Positions 19,876 through 29,700 of a stretch of DNA of 64,000 bases are shown one piece after another. Under the pieces are notes generated by a model. That model was not told the origin of the DNA, did no database searches, and saw only the letters and a program-made list of their open reading frames with translations. Source of the DNA: a virus; the IMG/VR virus record IMGVR_UViG_3300047557_001498, positions 51,070-115,069 of that record, one strand, 5' to 3'. A program made the position numbers and the translations under genes. The number at the start of each line of letters is the position of its first letter. Position 1 is the stretch's first letter.

Positions 19876-19906
19876 CTAATATACGAAAATAATATGACAT
19901 TGCAAA
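19876..19906 (-). promoter_or_regulatory. Bacteroidota-type promoter (TTTG-N19-TATATTAG) for the nuclease-helicase operon
   Basis: Minus strand TTTG-caatgtcatattattttcg-TATATTAG. Confidence 0.7.
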
Positions 19907-19908
19907 AT

Positions 19909-19934
19909 AAAAAAAGAGAATCGGATGATTCTCT
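19909..19934 (-). terminator. Rho-independent terminator
   Basis: AGAGAATC/GATTCTCT stem plus U-run. Confidence 0.75.
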
Positions 19935-19974
19935 CTGTATAATTCTTAATTGGCTATTAGTTAATAATCGTTTA

Positions 19975-20391
19975 TTAAATATAATCATTTGCCGATATGC
20001 CTAATTTTGGAGCCAACTCGCGTATTTCTTGTTCTATCTCTCTTGATTGTTGAGGTCCAGCATATTCTTCATTGTAAATAACCAACCTTGATAATTCATG
20101 CACCATTTCAAAAAATGCATTACCTTTCATTTTTTTTATTTGTTGCTCTAATGGTTTCACTTGCTTTTCAGCATCTGTTGCTTCTTCTCCCCAACTTAAT
20201 TCCTCTGTTTTACGGTAATACACATAATCTTTAATCAATTCTTTTATATCATTATATTGATTAGGTGTTTCAGGAGATATTTTTTCAATCGGTGCATTTC
20301 CGAAAGGTGCCTCGTTTATTTTTTTGTTAAACTTTTCATGTATTGATCTTCCTTCTTGCACTAGATCCTTTACTTTTATCGTCTTACTCAT
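19975..20391 (-). CDS. Hypothetical protein, candidate internal head protein
   Basis: MSKTIKVKDLVQE-G...KINE-A; GGAG SD; own ATATTTAT motif at 20426-20433; own terminator. Confidence 0.65.
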   Translation of the reverse strand: MSKTIKVKDLVQEGRSIHEKFNKKINEAPFGNAPIEKISPETPNQYNDIKELIKDYVYYRKTEELSWGEEATDAEKQVKPLEQQIKKMKGNAFFEMVHELSRLVIYNEEYAGPQQSREIEQEIRELAPKLGISANDYI

Positions 20392-20432
20392 ATCAAATAC
20401 TCCAAAAAAAATACTCTATTTGAATATAAATA

Positions 20433-20456
20433 TGGGGATAAACAAATTTACCCCCA
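20433..20456 (-). terminator. Terminator-like hairpin after recA; its U-rich tail doubles as the ATATTTAT motif
   Basis: Minus strand TGGGGGTAAA-TTTG-TTTATCCCCA followed by TATTTATATT. Confidence 0.6.
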
Positions 20457-20462
20457 ATAAAA

Positions 20463-21611
20463 TTATACTTCATCTTGTAGTAATGGTTCATCTGAAAGAG
20501 TTACATCATCGATTCTGGCTTCATCCAATTTCTTGTATTTCATAATTACCTTATCAGCAATTTCATCATATACTATATCGTATAATTCAGCATCACTCAT
20601 AATCTTTTCAACAAATTCTTTGGATTGAAATTTGATAACTTCTCCAGAACGTTTGTCTGTCCATGAATACCAAGCACCAGATTGAGATACAAGGTTGTGT
20701 TCTTTCATAACAGTAAGCCAACTACTGTAATCATCAATACCACTATCAAAGTAAACCTCATATTCACACTCTCTCAATGGAGGACCACAACGATTTTTAA
20801 CTAACTTTGCCTTAACTCTCGAACCAACAATTTCATCACGACCTTCTCTCTTTGCCTTGATGGCACCGATTGAAGACAGACGAAGACGAACAGATGCATG
20901 GAAAGGAATACCTTTACCACCAGGTGTTGTCCAAGGATCAGAGAATGCTGGGGCATTCAATTTCTGACGAAGTTGGTTTGTGATAATCAAACAAATACGC
21001 TCTCTACCGATAAGATTTGTAATCTTTCTCATTGCCTTTGAAATGATAAGTGCCTTTGCCGTAGCATAACCATCCTTATCAAAATCTGCAGCCATTTCTG
21101 TTTTAGTGGATGCACCGGCGATTGAATCAATTACAATAGTTACCAGTCTATCTTTATCGGATGAACGAACTTTGTCAATGATAACATCAACTGTTTCAAA
21201 AATATCTTCTACGGTTTCCAATGGAATGTATAACATATCTTTTAAGTTCAAACCGATTGCAGTTAGATATTCGGTAGCAATAGCATTCTCGGTATCAATA
21301 TAAACTGCAAGACCACCTTTCTTTTGTGTGTTTAGAAGTGCATGGGCTGCCAATAGAGATTTACCAGATTGTTCGAGACCTGTTATTTCAGATACACGAC
21401 CAACAGGAAAACCACCATACTTACGATTGGAAATAGCCAAATCCAACATGGTTGAGCCAGTTCCTACCCATTCTTTTACTATCGTAGGTGCATCACTATC
21501 ACCTTCAAGAAAGTAAGCGGTCTTAACATTTTGTGTTTTGAATTGTTTATTTATAGTTTCGGCAATGACTCCACCGAGTTCATCGGATAAATCACTTTTT
21601 GATTTTGCCAT
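20463..21611 (-). CDS. recA: RecA/UvsX recombinase
   Basis: GLEQSGKS, YIDTENA, IVIDSIA, TNQLR, TPGGKGIPFHASVRL. Confidence 0.93.
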   Translation of the reverse strand: MAKSKSDLSDELGGVIAETINKQFKTQNVKTAYFLEGDSDAPTIVKEWVGTGSTMLDLAISNRKYGGFPVGRVSEITGLEQSGKSLLAAHALLNTQKKGGLAVYIDTENAIATEYLTAIGLNLKDMLYIPLETVEDIFETVDVIIDKVRSSDKDRLVTIVIDSIAGASTKTEMAADFDKDGYATAKALIISKAMRKITNLIGRERICLIITNQLRQKLNAPAFSDPWTTPGGKGIPFHASVRLRLSSIGAIKAKREGRDEIVGSRVKAKLVKNRCGPPLRECEYEVYFDSGIDDYSSWLTVMKEHNLVSQSGAWYSWTDKRSGEVIKFQSKEFVEKIMSDAELYDIVYDEIADKVIMKYKKLDEARIDDVTLSDEPLLQDEV

Positions 21612-21624
21612 AAAACACCCTTAA

Positions 21625-22386
21625 TTAAAATAAGTCATCAAATGTAACACCAATATCATCGGTAGATGTAGCTGGTGTTTCTGATTTTGTTTCTTTCTTT
21701 TCTTCTTTGTAATTGAGATCTTCAGCAGGTTCATCTGATTTACCCAACCATGTTTGTAATTGAATTTTCAATTCATCATAAGTTGGTTCAGGATAAAGTT
21801 CTGTGATTTTGGATTGTTCTTTTATTTTTTCAATAACCGATTGATCCTCTGTTACTACCGTTTCTTTTGGTTTGATTCTGATTGTTGTTTCTGCATAATC
21901 TCTGCCAGTTTCTTCTGGTGATTTTACAGTTACAACAATATCTCTACCGGTTTTCAAATCAGATAAATCACCGTAATCAGGATCAGCAAAGAAACCAAGA
22001 AGTTCTTGATAAAGTTGTTTACCAAATCCCCAAAACTTTACACCTTCATTTTCTTGTCCACGAATGATAACAGGAACATAAACTCTCATTTTTGGTTCAA
22101 GTTTTCTACCCATAATCCAATCACTCTTATCGCCAGTTTGTTTCAGTTTTTCTGCAAAGTCTACGATTGGATCAGGTCTACCAAAAGACACAGGTGAAAG
22201 AATTGAACGCTTACCGAGATTGTAGTGAAAATACATTTCTAAAAATGGATTCTCTCTGTTATGGATATAAGGAACAATACGGATTTGGTGTTCACCGGGT
22301 TCGGGTTTCCAAAGATTAGATGTGCGATTGTTTGTGTTTTTTAAAGAGTTCAAACGACTCTTGATTGCATCTAAGTTAATACTCAC
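21625..22386 (-). CDS. Single-stranded DNA-binding protein (T4 gp32-like)
   Basis: WKP...IRIVP, FWGFGK, GRDI motifs; acidic tail ending FDDLF; GTG start with GGAG SD. Confidence 0.85.
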   Translation of the reverse strand: MSINLDAIKSRLNSLKNTNNRTSNLWKPEPGEHQIRIVPYIHNRENPFLEMYFHYNLGKRSILSPVSFGRPDPIVDFAEKLKQTGDKSDWIMGRKLEPKMRVYVPVIIRGQENEGVKFWGFGKQLYQELLGFFADPDYGDLSDLKTGRDIVVTVKSPEETGRDYAETTIRIKPKETVVTEDQSVIEKIKEQSKITELYPEPTYDELKIQLQTWLGKSDEPAEDLNYKEEKKETKSETPATSTDDIGVTFDDLF

Positions 22387-22450
22387 GATGTAACTCCTAA
22401 TGTGTAATAAAAATAATGATTAACCACTAATGGTTAATGTTTAATGTATA

Positions 22451-22482
22451 CTAATATACGAATTTAATATTTAATAAGCAAA
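22451..22482 (-). promoter_or_regulatory. Bacteroidota-type promoter (TTTG-N20-TATATTAG) for ssb-recA
   Basis: Minus strand TTTG-cttattaaatattaaattcg-TATATTAG. Confidence 0.7.
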
Positions 22483-22489
22483 TTTTATT

Positions 22490-23323
22490 TTATTTTTTTA
22501 ATAAGTTTTTCAACTTAATGCCAACCGATTCAGGAAGTTTTTCAGTATTGGTGGCACTATTCTTCCAATCCGGAGCATCGTCTGTCTGTGGCATTACCTC
22601 TCTGGATGGAGCACCATCTACCGGCTGATTATTTTCATTCATCTTTTGAACATTAGACCAAATATAGTTGGCAATCTTTTCTGAACTATCACCTTTTTCA
22701 TATTTTGCAAAGACATCAATAACCTCATCTGTTATATTGTCTACAACATATTTTTTCAATACTTCTTCGCTTATAGTAAAAAGATTTATGCCACCACCTT
22801 CTGCACTTGGTATTTTACCCAATTCTGCACCGATACCTAATTGAGTTGTTTTCAATGCTTCGATTGGCTTTTTTATATTTGTCAAATCTATTGCCTTTAT
22901 TTTTGCATAAGGATTTATACAATACACCTGTGACCAACGATGATGGCCGTCTATAACAAATTGTCCTCCACCTCCAGTAACTATCGGTGTGTTATTCACC
23001 GTAACTATGCCACCACGAAGATACGATTCTACATTAGAAGCATTTTTTAATGGATAACTCAATGATTTACTCAATACAACTTCGTTTTGAGTTGGCTTTA
23101 ATTTGATACATTGAGGAGCAATACTCGATGTCTTAACTGGAGATTCAGATGACAATGACTTAATAGCAGCCAAAAATTTTGGATCATCTATATTATCACC
23201 CAATTCTTTTACAAAAGTAACATAATCTTTTTTCAAAATACGTTTTAATTCTTCTTTTGCATCATCTTCGTTTATTCGTATTTCATTTAAAATACTTTTC
23301 AGTAATGGCAATTTGTTTGACAT
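22490..23323 (-). CDS. ParB/Srx-like domain protein, candidate internal head protein
   Basis: LKPTQ...VIDGHHRW motif; N-terminal LLKSILNE and C-terminal IKLKNLLKK. Confidence 0.7.
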   Translation of the reverse strand: MSNKLPLLKSILNEIRINEDDAKEELKRILKKDYVTFVKELGDNIDDPKFLAAIKSLSSESPVKTSSIAPQCIKLKPTQNEVVLSKSLSYPLKNASNVESYLRGGIVTVNNTPIVTGGGGQFVIDGHHRWSQVYCINPYAKIKAIDLTNIKKPIEALKTTQLGIGAELGKIPSAEGGGINLFTISEEVLKKYVVDNITDEVIDVFAKYEKGDSSEKIANYIWSNVQKMNENNQPVDGAPSREVMPQTDDAPDWKNSATNTEKLPESVGIKLKNLLKK

Positions 23324-23337
23324 ATCCCTTCCAAATA

Positions 23338-24024
23338 TTATTTACGAATTAAACCAGATATTTTTTTGTCCGTTAAACTACGTCTTACCATTTCTTTTAT
23401 TTTTTTACGCAATTTATTTTGATGATATTTACTTATCTTACTTTCTTTTTTAACTGGCTCTGGTTGTTCTTCCGATGAAGTTTCTGTATCATTTGTCTTT
23501 GGTTCTTCATTTGAATCTGGTTCTTCTTCAGTTTCTTCTTCAGATTTCATACTAGACAAAAGTTTTGATTCTATCTTATCTGATATTGTCTGTGAGGTAG
23601 ATTCCAAAGCGGGTAACATTTTTTGAACAGTTTGATTATCTTCATCTGTTAATTTTTGTTTTATGTATATTCCTATCTTTTTGATAAGTTTTTTTACATC
23701 TTTATCTCTTTCAGTCTTTTCCGGTTCGGTGAATGGTTCTGATAATAAAGCATTTAGAGAACGATATAATATTTTTAATGTACCGTCACCGTGAAATCTT
23801 GAACTTATAGATTCGAGTTTTGTTCTATCATCTTTCTTTTGATATTGTTCAGATTGGGAAAATGAATCATACCAATTTATGAGTTTGTTCATTTTCACAT
23901 CAGGAAAAATATATGTCATCATACTACGATTGTTTTGTAATATTTCCGTAGAATCTATTACAGCAATATAGTCTATAAAATTTTCATTTGATGATTCGAT
24001 TTCTTCTTTCAATGATTTTTTCAT
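23338..24024 (-). CDS. Hypothetical protein with an acidic linker and basic C-terminal helix
   Basis: 228-aa ORF; AAGGA SD. Confidence 0.6.
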   Translation of the reverse strand: MKKSLKEEIESSNENFIDYIAVIDSTEILQNNRSMMTYIFPDVKMNKLINWYDSFSQSEQYQKKDDRTKLESISSRFHGDGTLKILYRSLNALLSEPFTEPEKTERDKDVKKLIKKIGIYIKQKLTDEDNQTVQKMLPALESTSQTISDKIESKLLSSMKSEEETEEEPDSNEEPKTNDTETSSEEQPEPVKKESKISKYHQNKLRKKIKEMVRRSLTDKKISGLIRK

Positions 24025-24033
24025 TTTGAATCC

Positions 24034-24360
24034 TTATGGTATCAAAGATATTATGTTCTTTGGTTGAGTTACATATAAACTTATACTAGTTTGTTTGTTA
24101 AAAAAATGTAACTTGTTTCCCATTGCTTTCTTATATTCATATCCTAATTTTTTTAAGACATCTACAATTTGTTTTTCTGTATAATAACTACCATCAATTC
24201 TGTTGTCTGGAAGAATTGCAAGTTTTTCCAATTCACCTTTTAATTCTTGAAAAATAGTCTCAAATCCGTTACCTTCTGAAACTTCTAATTTTTCCATAAG
24301 TTTTTCCATAACACGATTTGTTATTTCTTCAACTAACATATTGTACTTGATTTTGCTCAT
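24034..24360 (-). CDS. Hypothetical protein
   Basis: 108 aa; ATATTTAT motif at 24398-24405. Confidence 0.6.
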   Translation of the reverse strand: MSKIKYNMLVEEITNRVMEKLMEKLEVSEGNGFETIFQELKGELEKLAILPDNRIDGSYYTEKQIVDVLKKLGYEYKKAMGNKLHFFNKQTSISLYVTQPKNIISLIP

Positions 24361-24415
24361 ATTTTTTCTTATTTGTTTAAAAAATTAAAATATACATATA
24401 AATATGTCATACTAA

Positions 24416-24835
24416 TTAAATTGTATAAACTTTGAGTAGTATTATTTTAACAACTTTGAAACCATCTTTATTTTTTAATAGGGCACAATTTCTATATCTT
24501 TCCCATTCGATAGGATATGTTTTATCTAATATACCATTGTTTAAGTTCATAATCAATTCATTCAAAGCATTTATAGTATAAATCGTATTAGTTTCACGCT
24601 TTTGATGAACCATTATTGAGTTGGGTAGGAATTTTTTGTAACTATCCATTACAACATTATAGGATAGTATACAATCTTCTTTTAGATCAAAAGTTCTAAA
24701 AAGAAATACTTTATTATTCAAAATTGAAAATGTATCTTTTATATCACGAATAGTGTTATCTATTTGGTGTTTGCGTGTAAATGTACATACTAATTGTGTC
24801 TTCAATACCTCTCTCTCTATTTTTTGAAATTTCAT
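24416..24835 (-). CDS. Conserved phage hypothetical protein (true start may be TTG at 24805)
   Basis: LVCTFT...VHQKRETNTIYTINALN; GAGG motif before the TTG at 24805. Confidence 0.65.
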   Translation of the reverse strand: MKFQKIEREVLKTQLVCTFTRKHQIDNTIRDIKDTFSILNNKVFLFRTFDLKEDCILSYNVVMDSYKKFLPNSIMVHQKRETNTIYTINALNELIMNLNNGILDKTYPIEWERYRNCALLKNKDGFKVVKIILLKVYTI

Positions 24836-24852
24836 TACATATAAATATGTTT

Positions 24853-26064
24853 CTAAATTTGCAGAATACTACCAAAAGTATCACCTGTGTAAATTTTTAC
24901 TGACATATTATCAGTCTCGAAAGCACGGTGAAGAACATCTATCAAATCCATTTCATCTGGATGAATGTCAAAAATAAAAGCATCATACAGATACATCATA
25001 AATACTGATTTTTTATTCTTCAAATGTGGTAAAATAGTTTTTATCTTACGGACATTGTATTCAGTTTCTAATGATTGAAGAAAATAATTGAATAATTTAT
25101 TCGGTGTTACATCTTGAATATCACGAAATATCTTTTCATAAAACCATGATTTCACTTCTGATTCATTTTCATATTGTTCGTATAAAGTATCAATCATTGC
25201 TTGAACAGTTTGAAAAAACGGATGTCCCATAAATTCAGAAGTTATTGTGCCATAAATATTTTGAAACACCTTACCTTTGAATTGGTCATAATCCATGTCA
25301 ATTCCTAATTCATTCCGTATCTGTTCGTATGGATGATAGTCGAAATGATAATCCAATATCTTTGCCAATAACTTTATGTGAAAGGCATCATAATCAAATT
25401 GAACAATTTTACCACCTTCAAACCGTGAACGAATTTTATCACGAGTTCCATCTTTCTTATTCATGGCTGCGAAATTAAATCCACCCCAAGCATTACTTGG
25501 TCTGCCAGTTGCAGTATACCACATATAGTTTTGTTTTTTTATCTCATCACCAACAAGGATATGATTTTTTTCTATCTCATGGAATACTTCTATGAAATCA
25601 TTACAATAGTTCACACATTTTTCTTTTTTGAACTCAAATGGTTTTAATCTCAATACATATTTTGCAATACCTCTTGCCCATTCTAATTGATTTGCAAGTG
25701 GAATAACATGGCCTAAATCTTCTATCTTGTAAAACTTGTTAGCAAGATAATCCATACCTTTTGGATAAAATTCTTGTGGATTGATAGGTGTTGTTGCATA
25801 ATAATGTAGGTATGAGTTTATATCAAAACCATCATTGAAATCATTATTCACCAATACTTTTTTGTTGAACACAAGTGATTTTGGATGTAGTTTTATTTCT
25901 TGTAGGGTTATATCGGTATCAATTTCATCCGGATGCGTAAAATTGATATATCTATCTTCTCCAATTCCGAATGCCAGATAAAGACCTACGATAGCGACTT
26001 CTGATTGGTGTTTGTTGGCATTACTTGTGATTGGAACACAAATGCAAGGTTTGTCTTGGAACAT
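24853..26064 (-). CDS. Compact family A DNA polymerase-like protein
   Basis: TATGRPS, motif A FDYDAFHIKLLA, motif B KGKVFQNIYG, NYFLQS, motif C LYDAFIFD. Confidence 0.75.
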   Translation of the reverse strand: MFQDKPCICVPITSNANKHQSEVAIVGLYLAFGIGEDRYINFTHPDEIDTDITLQEIKLHPKSLVFNKKVLVNNDFNDGFDINSYLHYYATTPINPQEFYPKGMDYLANKFYKIEDLGHVIPLANQLEWARGIAKYVLRLKPFEFKKEKCVNYCNDFIEVFHEIEKNHILVGDEIKKQNYMWYTATGRPSNAWGGFNFAAMNKKDGTRDKIRSRFEGGKIVQFDYDAFHIKLLAKILDYHFDYHPYEQIRNELGIDMDYDQFKGKVFQNIYGTITSEFMGHPFFQTVQAMIDTLYEQYENESEVKSWFYEKIFRDIQDVTPNKLFNYFLQSLETEYNVRKIKTILPHLKNKKSVFMMYLYDAFIFDIHPDEMDLIDVLHRAFETDNMSVKIYTGDTFGSILQI

Positions 26065-26069
26065 AATTA

Positions 26070-26726
26070 TTATACATCGTATACGGTATATTCAAAAAAA
26101 TTCGTAACTACTTCTGCTAATTTAGGAAATTTTTGTGAATGCCGCAAGACAATTCTTTTATTTGTGTCAAATACTCCAGGTGTAACTAAAAGACCATTTT
26201 CAAAAACATCGTACTGTGGACCATCCAGTTTCCACTTAAACTCCAACAATCCATATAAACTTTGATTTATTCCGGCATTTGTAACTTTGTATAAACTTTT
26301 TTGATTGTCACTTATTTCAAGAAAAACTCTATTTGGCTCATTCCTTTTGTATACGAAGTATCTGTCCATCACACCCTTTAACAACTCAGCATCTGTTGTT
26401 TTTCTTTTTATAGCTCTAGGTGCCTTATATCTATTTGTATTGTAAACACCACTACTCATTATTTCTTTTTTTTGACCATTTGAATTTATGTAGTTTTTTG
26501 TATCAATATATTCAAAAAAAGATTCATCTCTATTTCTATATGTAACAAGTTTTTTTGAAGTTTTTGCATTCCATTCTGGACCGGTAAATGTTTCTCCAGT
26601 TATGTATCTGTGATATAAACCACGATATTCTTTCCAGTCTTCAAGTGTCATCCATTCTTTACCTTGTGTATAAAGATTCTTTTGAATTTGACTGTCTGGA
26701 TAATATAATTTATTACGGTAATTCAT
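26070..26726 (-). CDS. Hypothetical protein (baseplate region)
   Basis: 218 aa, downstream of the hub-like gene. Confidence 0.6.
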   Translation of the reverse strand: MNYRNKLYYPDSQIQKNLYTQGKEWMTLEDWKEYRGLYHRYITGETFTGPEWNAKTSKKLVTYRNRDESFFEYIDTKNYINSNGQKKEIMSSGVYNTNRYKAPRAIKRKTTDAELLKGVMDRYFVYKRNEPNRVFLEISDNQKSLYKVTNAGINQSLYGLLEFKWKLDGPQYDVFENGLLVTPGVFDTNKRIVLRHSQKFPKLAEVVTNFFEYTVYDV

Positions 26727-26741
26727 TTTTTACTCGAAAAA

Positions 26742-29700
26742 TTATTGACGATTTACTTCTTCACGATTCGGACCATACACATCCGTTCTAGAATCGGGAA
26801 GTCTTTTATCATCAGGTAAAGGATTTGCAGTAACTTGAATGCCAGTTAAAGGACTATCTAAACTCAATCTTGCAGACGTGTTTAATGTTGTTTCCCAAGT
26901 AGACGGTGTTACCTTGTGTAAAATTTTGGTTACAGTAAAGACCATATCCCAATCAACATTATAGTGTCTTGGTATCATAGTTGTTTTCAATACATCACCA
27001 AATTTAAATCCATTGATACCGTCAATCGTTACTGTAAATTCAACTGGATATATTGCTTTATTCAACCAATGCCCACCTACACCAATACTACGACCACTTT
27101 GATACATTGGCTTCGTTGTCAATCTTTTAAATTTTGTTAAAATAGATCTATAATTATCACACCATTCTTGTGTGAATCCTTGTGTTGCAACTGCATCTTC
27201 TTCTTTTGTTTTGTCTTTACTGTTTAAATCATATTGCTTTTCATATTCTTTGTTATCTCTATCAATCGGTCTTATTACGTTTCCATCGCCACTATATGGT
27301 TTTGCTCTAAAATCACCACCTTTAGCATTCGATTCTTGTCCTCGAGCTGCAATGTAAGCTGAAAATGCTAATTCTTTTGGAGGTTTTGATGATATTTGAA
27401 CATTTTTTATTAAAGGTTTGAATATTGTTGCCTCAAAAACAAACGGTTTAACTGAATATATGTCATCATTTAATTCAAAATCTGTTAAATTATCGGTTCC
27501 CAAATTTTCACTTGCTTTTATAGTTTGTGAATGTTTTCTCGCTATGTGAGTATCTTCTAATGATAAAACGGACATACCTTTAATTACAGAATTTCCCAAT
27601 TCTTGAGGTCCTGTATATTTGGGAGATAATTTTTCAGGTTCTGTAAACAAGTGTGAAACTAATTGGTAAGTATCACCGGATGCTGCATTTATCTCTCTAA
27701 TTATTACATCAAATAAACTTGTTATATTTTTGTAAGATATATTTGTTGCATTATCTATTAAAAATTCTCTGTATACTTTCAATATCAAATTTATACCTAT
27801 CAGTATATTGCCTATATTTATTACGTCATCTTCTATTCTTATCTTTTTTCCGCCGGTTTCAATTATATTTGCACCTTGTATTTCGGGTGAAATATCTTTT
27901 TTTATTTCAAATGTTCTTAAAAAATCAGAGTATTCATTATCATAGAACGGGTTAAATGTTTGATAACCACCCATTGATATATCTGGAAAATAAACATTTT
28001 GTGGATATGCCGATTTTACATCAGGTTGATATTCTGTTTCATTATTTTCACACATTATTCTAAATTTTTGAAAGTTATATTTTTTAGCTTCTTCACCTTC
28101 TTCAAATGTTTCCATCATTTTATTTGCAAATTCAACCAAATCTTTTAGTGTGATATACCAATAAGTTTGTCCAACTAAATGTGATTGATATTGTTGCGAT
28201 TGTGATGGATCAGCGCCAGTTCCAGTTCCATCACTTCCACCACCAGCACCATCAGCACCACCATCGGATGAACCACCATTTTGATTATTAGCGTTATTCA
28301 ATCTTTCTTGATATGCAGTTGATTTTACTTTTATCAAGTCCTTAACCGTATCTACTCCAGTTTTTTTCTGTTCTTCTCTGGCATCTATTAACTTTTGAAC
28401 AAATTTTGATGTTTGAGCTGATTTACGAATTGGTATTTCTTCATTTTTTGCACCTTTAAGATCGTATGAAATGTTGTCTTGAATACTCTTTACATCAACT
28501 CCACCAACAAATCTAGTTGGAGGATAATCTTTTTCAAAGTCTTGACGAACTTTATTGTTATCGGTCTTAAAAACATCTGCAGTAGAAATTCTACTTTGGA
28601 ATGTTTTGAGTTCTGATATTTCACCATCCAGTCTTTGTTTTTCTTCCGGTGTAACTTTTTCTGCAGGTTTTTTGTCATCAGTTTCAGCATCCGTTCCTTC
28701 TTTTTTATTTTTTACCGGTTCTTGTCCAGATAATGCAAATTTTTGAGCGGCATCTATGTATTCGTTTAATCTTTTTTCAAGTTCTGTGGAAGGACTTTGA
28801 AGTGTATTTCCGTTGTAAACATAACTTGTTTTATTCGTTCTACCTGATTCAAATAGTTCTAAAAGTGTTTTTGCATTTTCAGAAGATTTACCATCTAAGG
28901 CATCTCTTAAAGATTTCGTTGTTCCTAATTTTTGAAAAAATTCGTCCCAAAGATTTATCATTGTAACAACTTTATCTTGTTGACCAGAATAAGAATCTAC
29001 CAAACATATTGTTAAATTGTCTGGCCAAAAATATTTATCTCTCTCAACTTTATTAGTTTTTTCATCGTGATAGAAAAATTGACAATATTGTGATCCAAAT
29101 CTACCGAGTTCAGCGTTTTTATTATCACCTGATCTATTTTTATAGATTGCTGCTATTTTAACCTCTCTCAATTCTTGAGCAGCTAATTGTGCAATTTTTC
29201 TTTTTATGAATAAAACTTTTGAATCTAAATCCGATTTTGAATTTATTTTATCAATAAAATCATTGAAATCATTTAATTTTAAATCATCTATTAGTGGAAA
29301 TCCGGGTTCATTACCATTTTTATGTGAATCTAACCTTGCACGAGTTTCCCAAACTCTTTCTTTTGGAGCATTTCCGTTTGAATCTGGTTTTAAAACATAT
29401 CTAGATATATTTGATTTTGAAAATCTATCTTTCCATTTAGCAATCCACTCACCATTAGTATCTCCATTATTGGAAACAAATTGTCTTAAAAACTCCCTTA
29501 ATTGAAAAGATGCAGCAGGTTTGGCTTGTGTTCCGCCTGCACCTTGTTCGTTCCAATAAGTTGCTCTATAATCACCATCGGCTTTTGGCACCGATGCGGT
29601 CACTCCACCATCTGTATCTGTAAATATACCTTCAGCTAATGATGGTGGTAGTTCTTGAAACGTTTCTACGATAGCTTCTACTTGTTGTTGAACAATTTCT

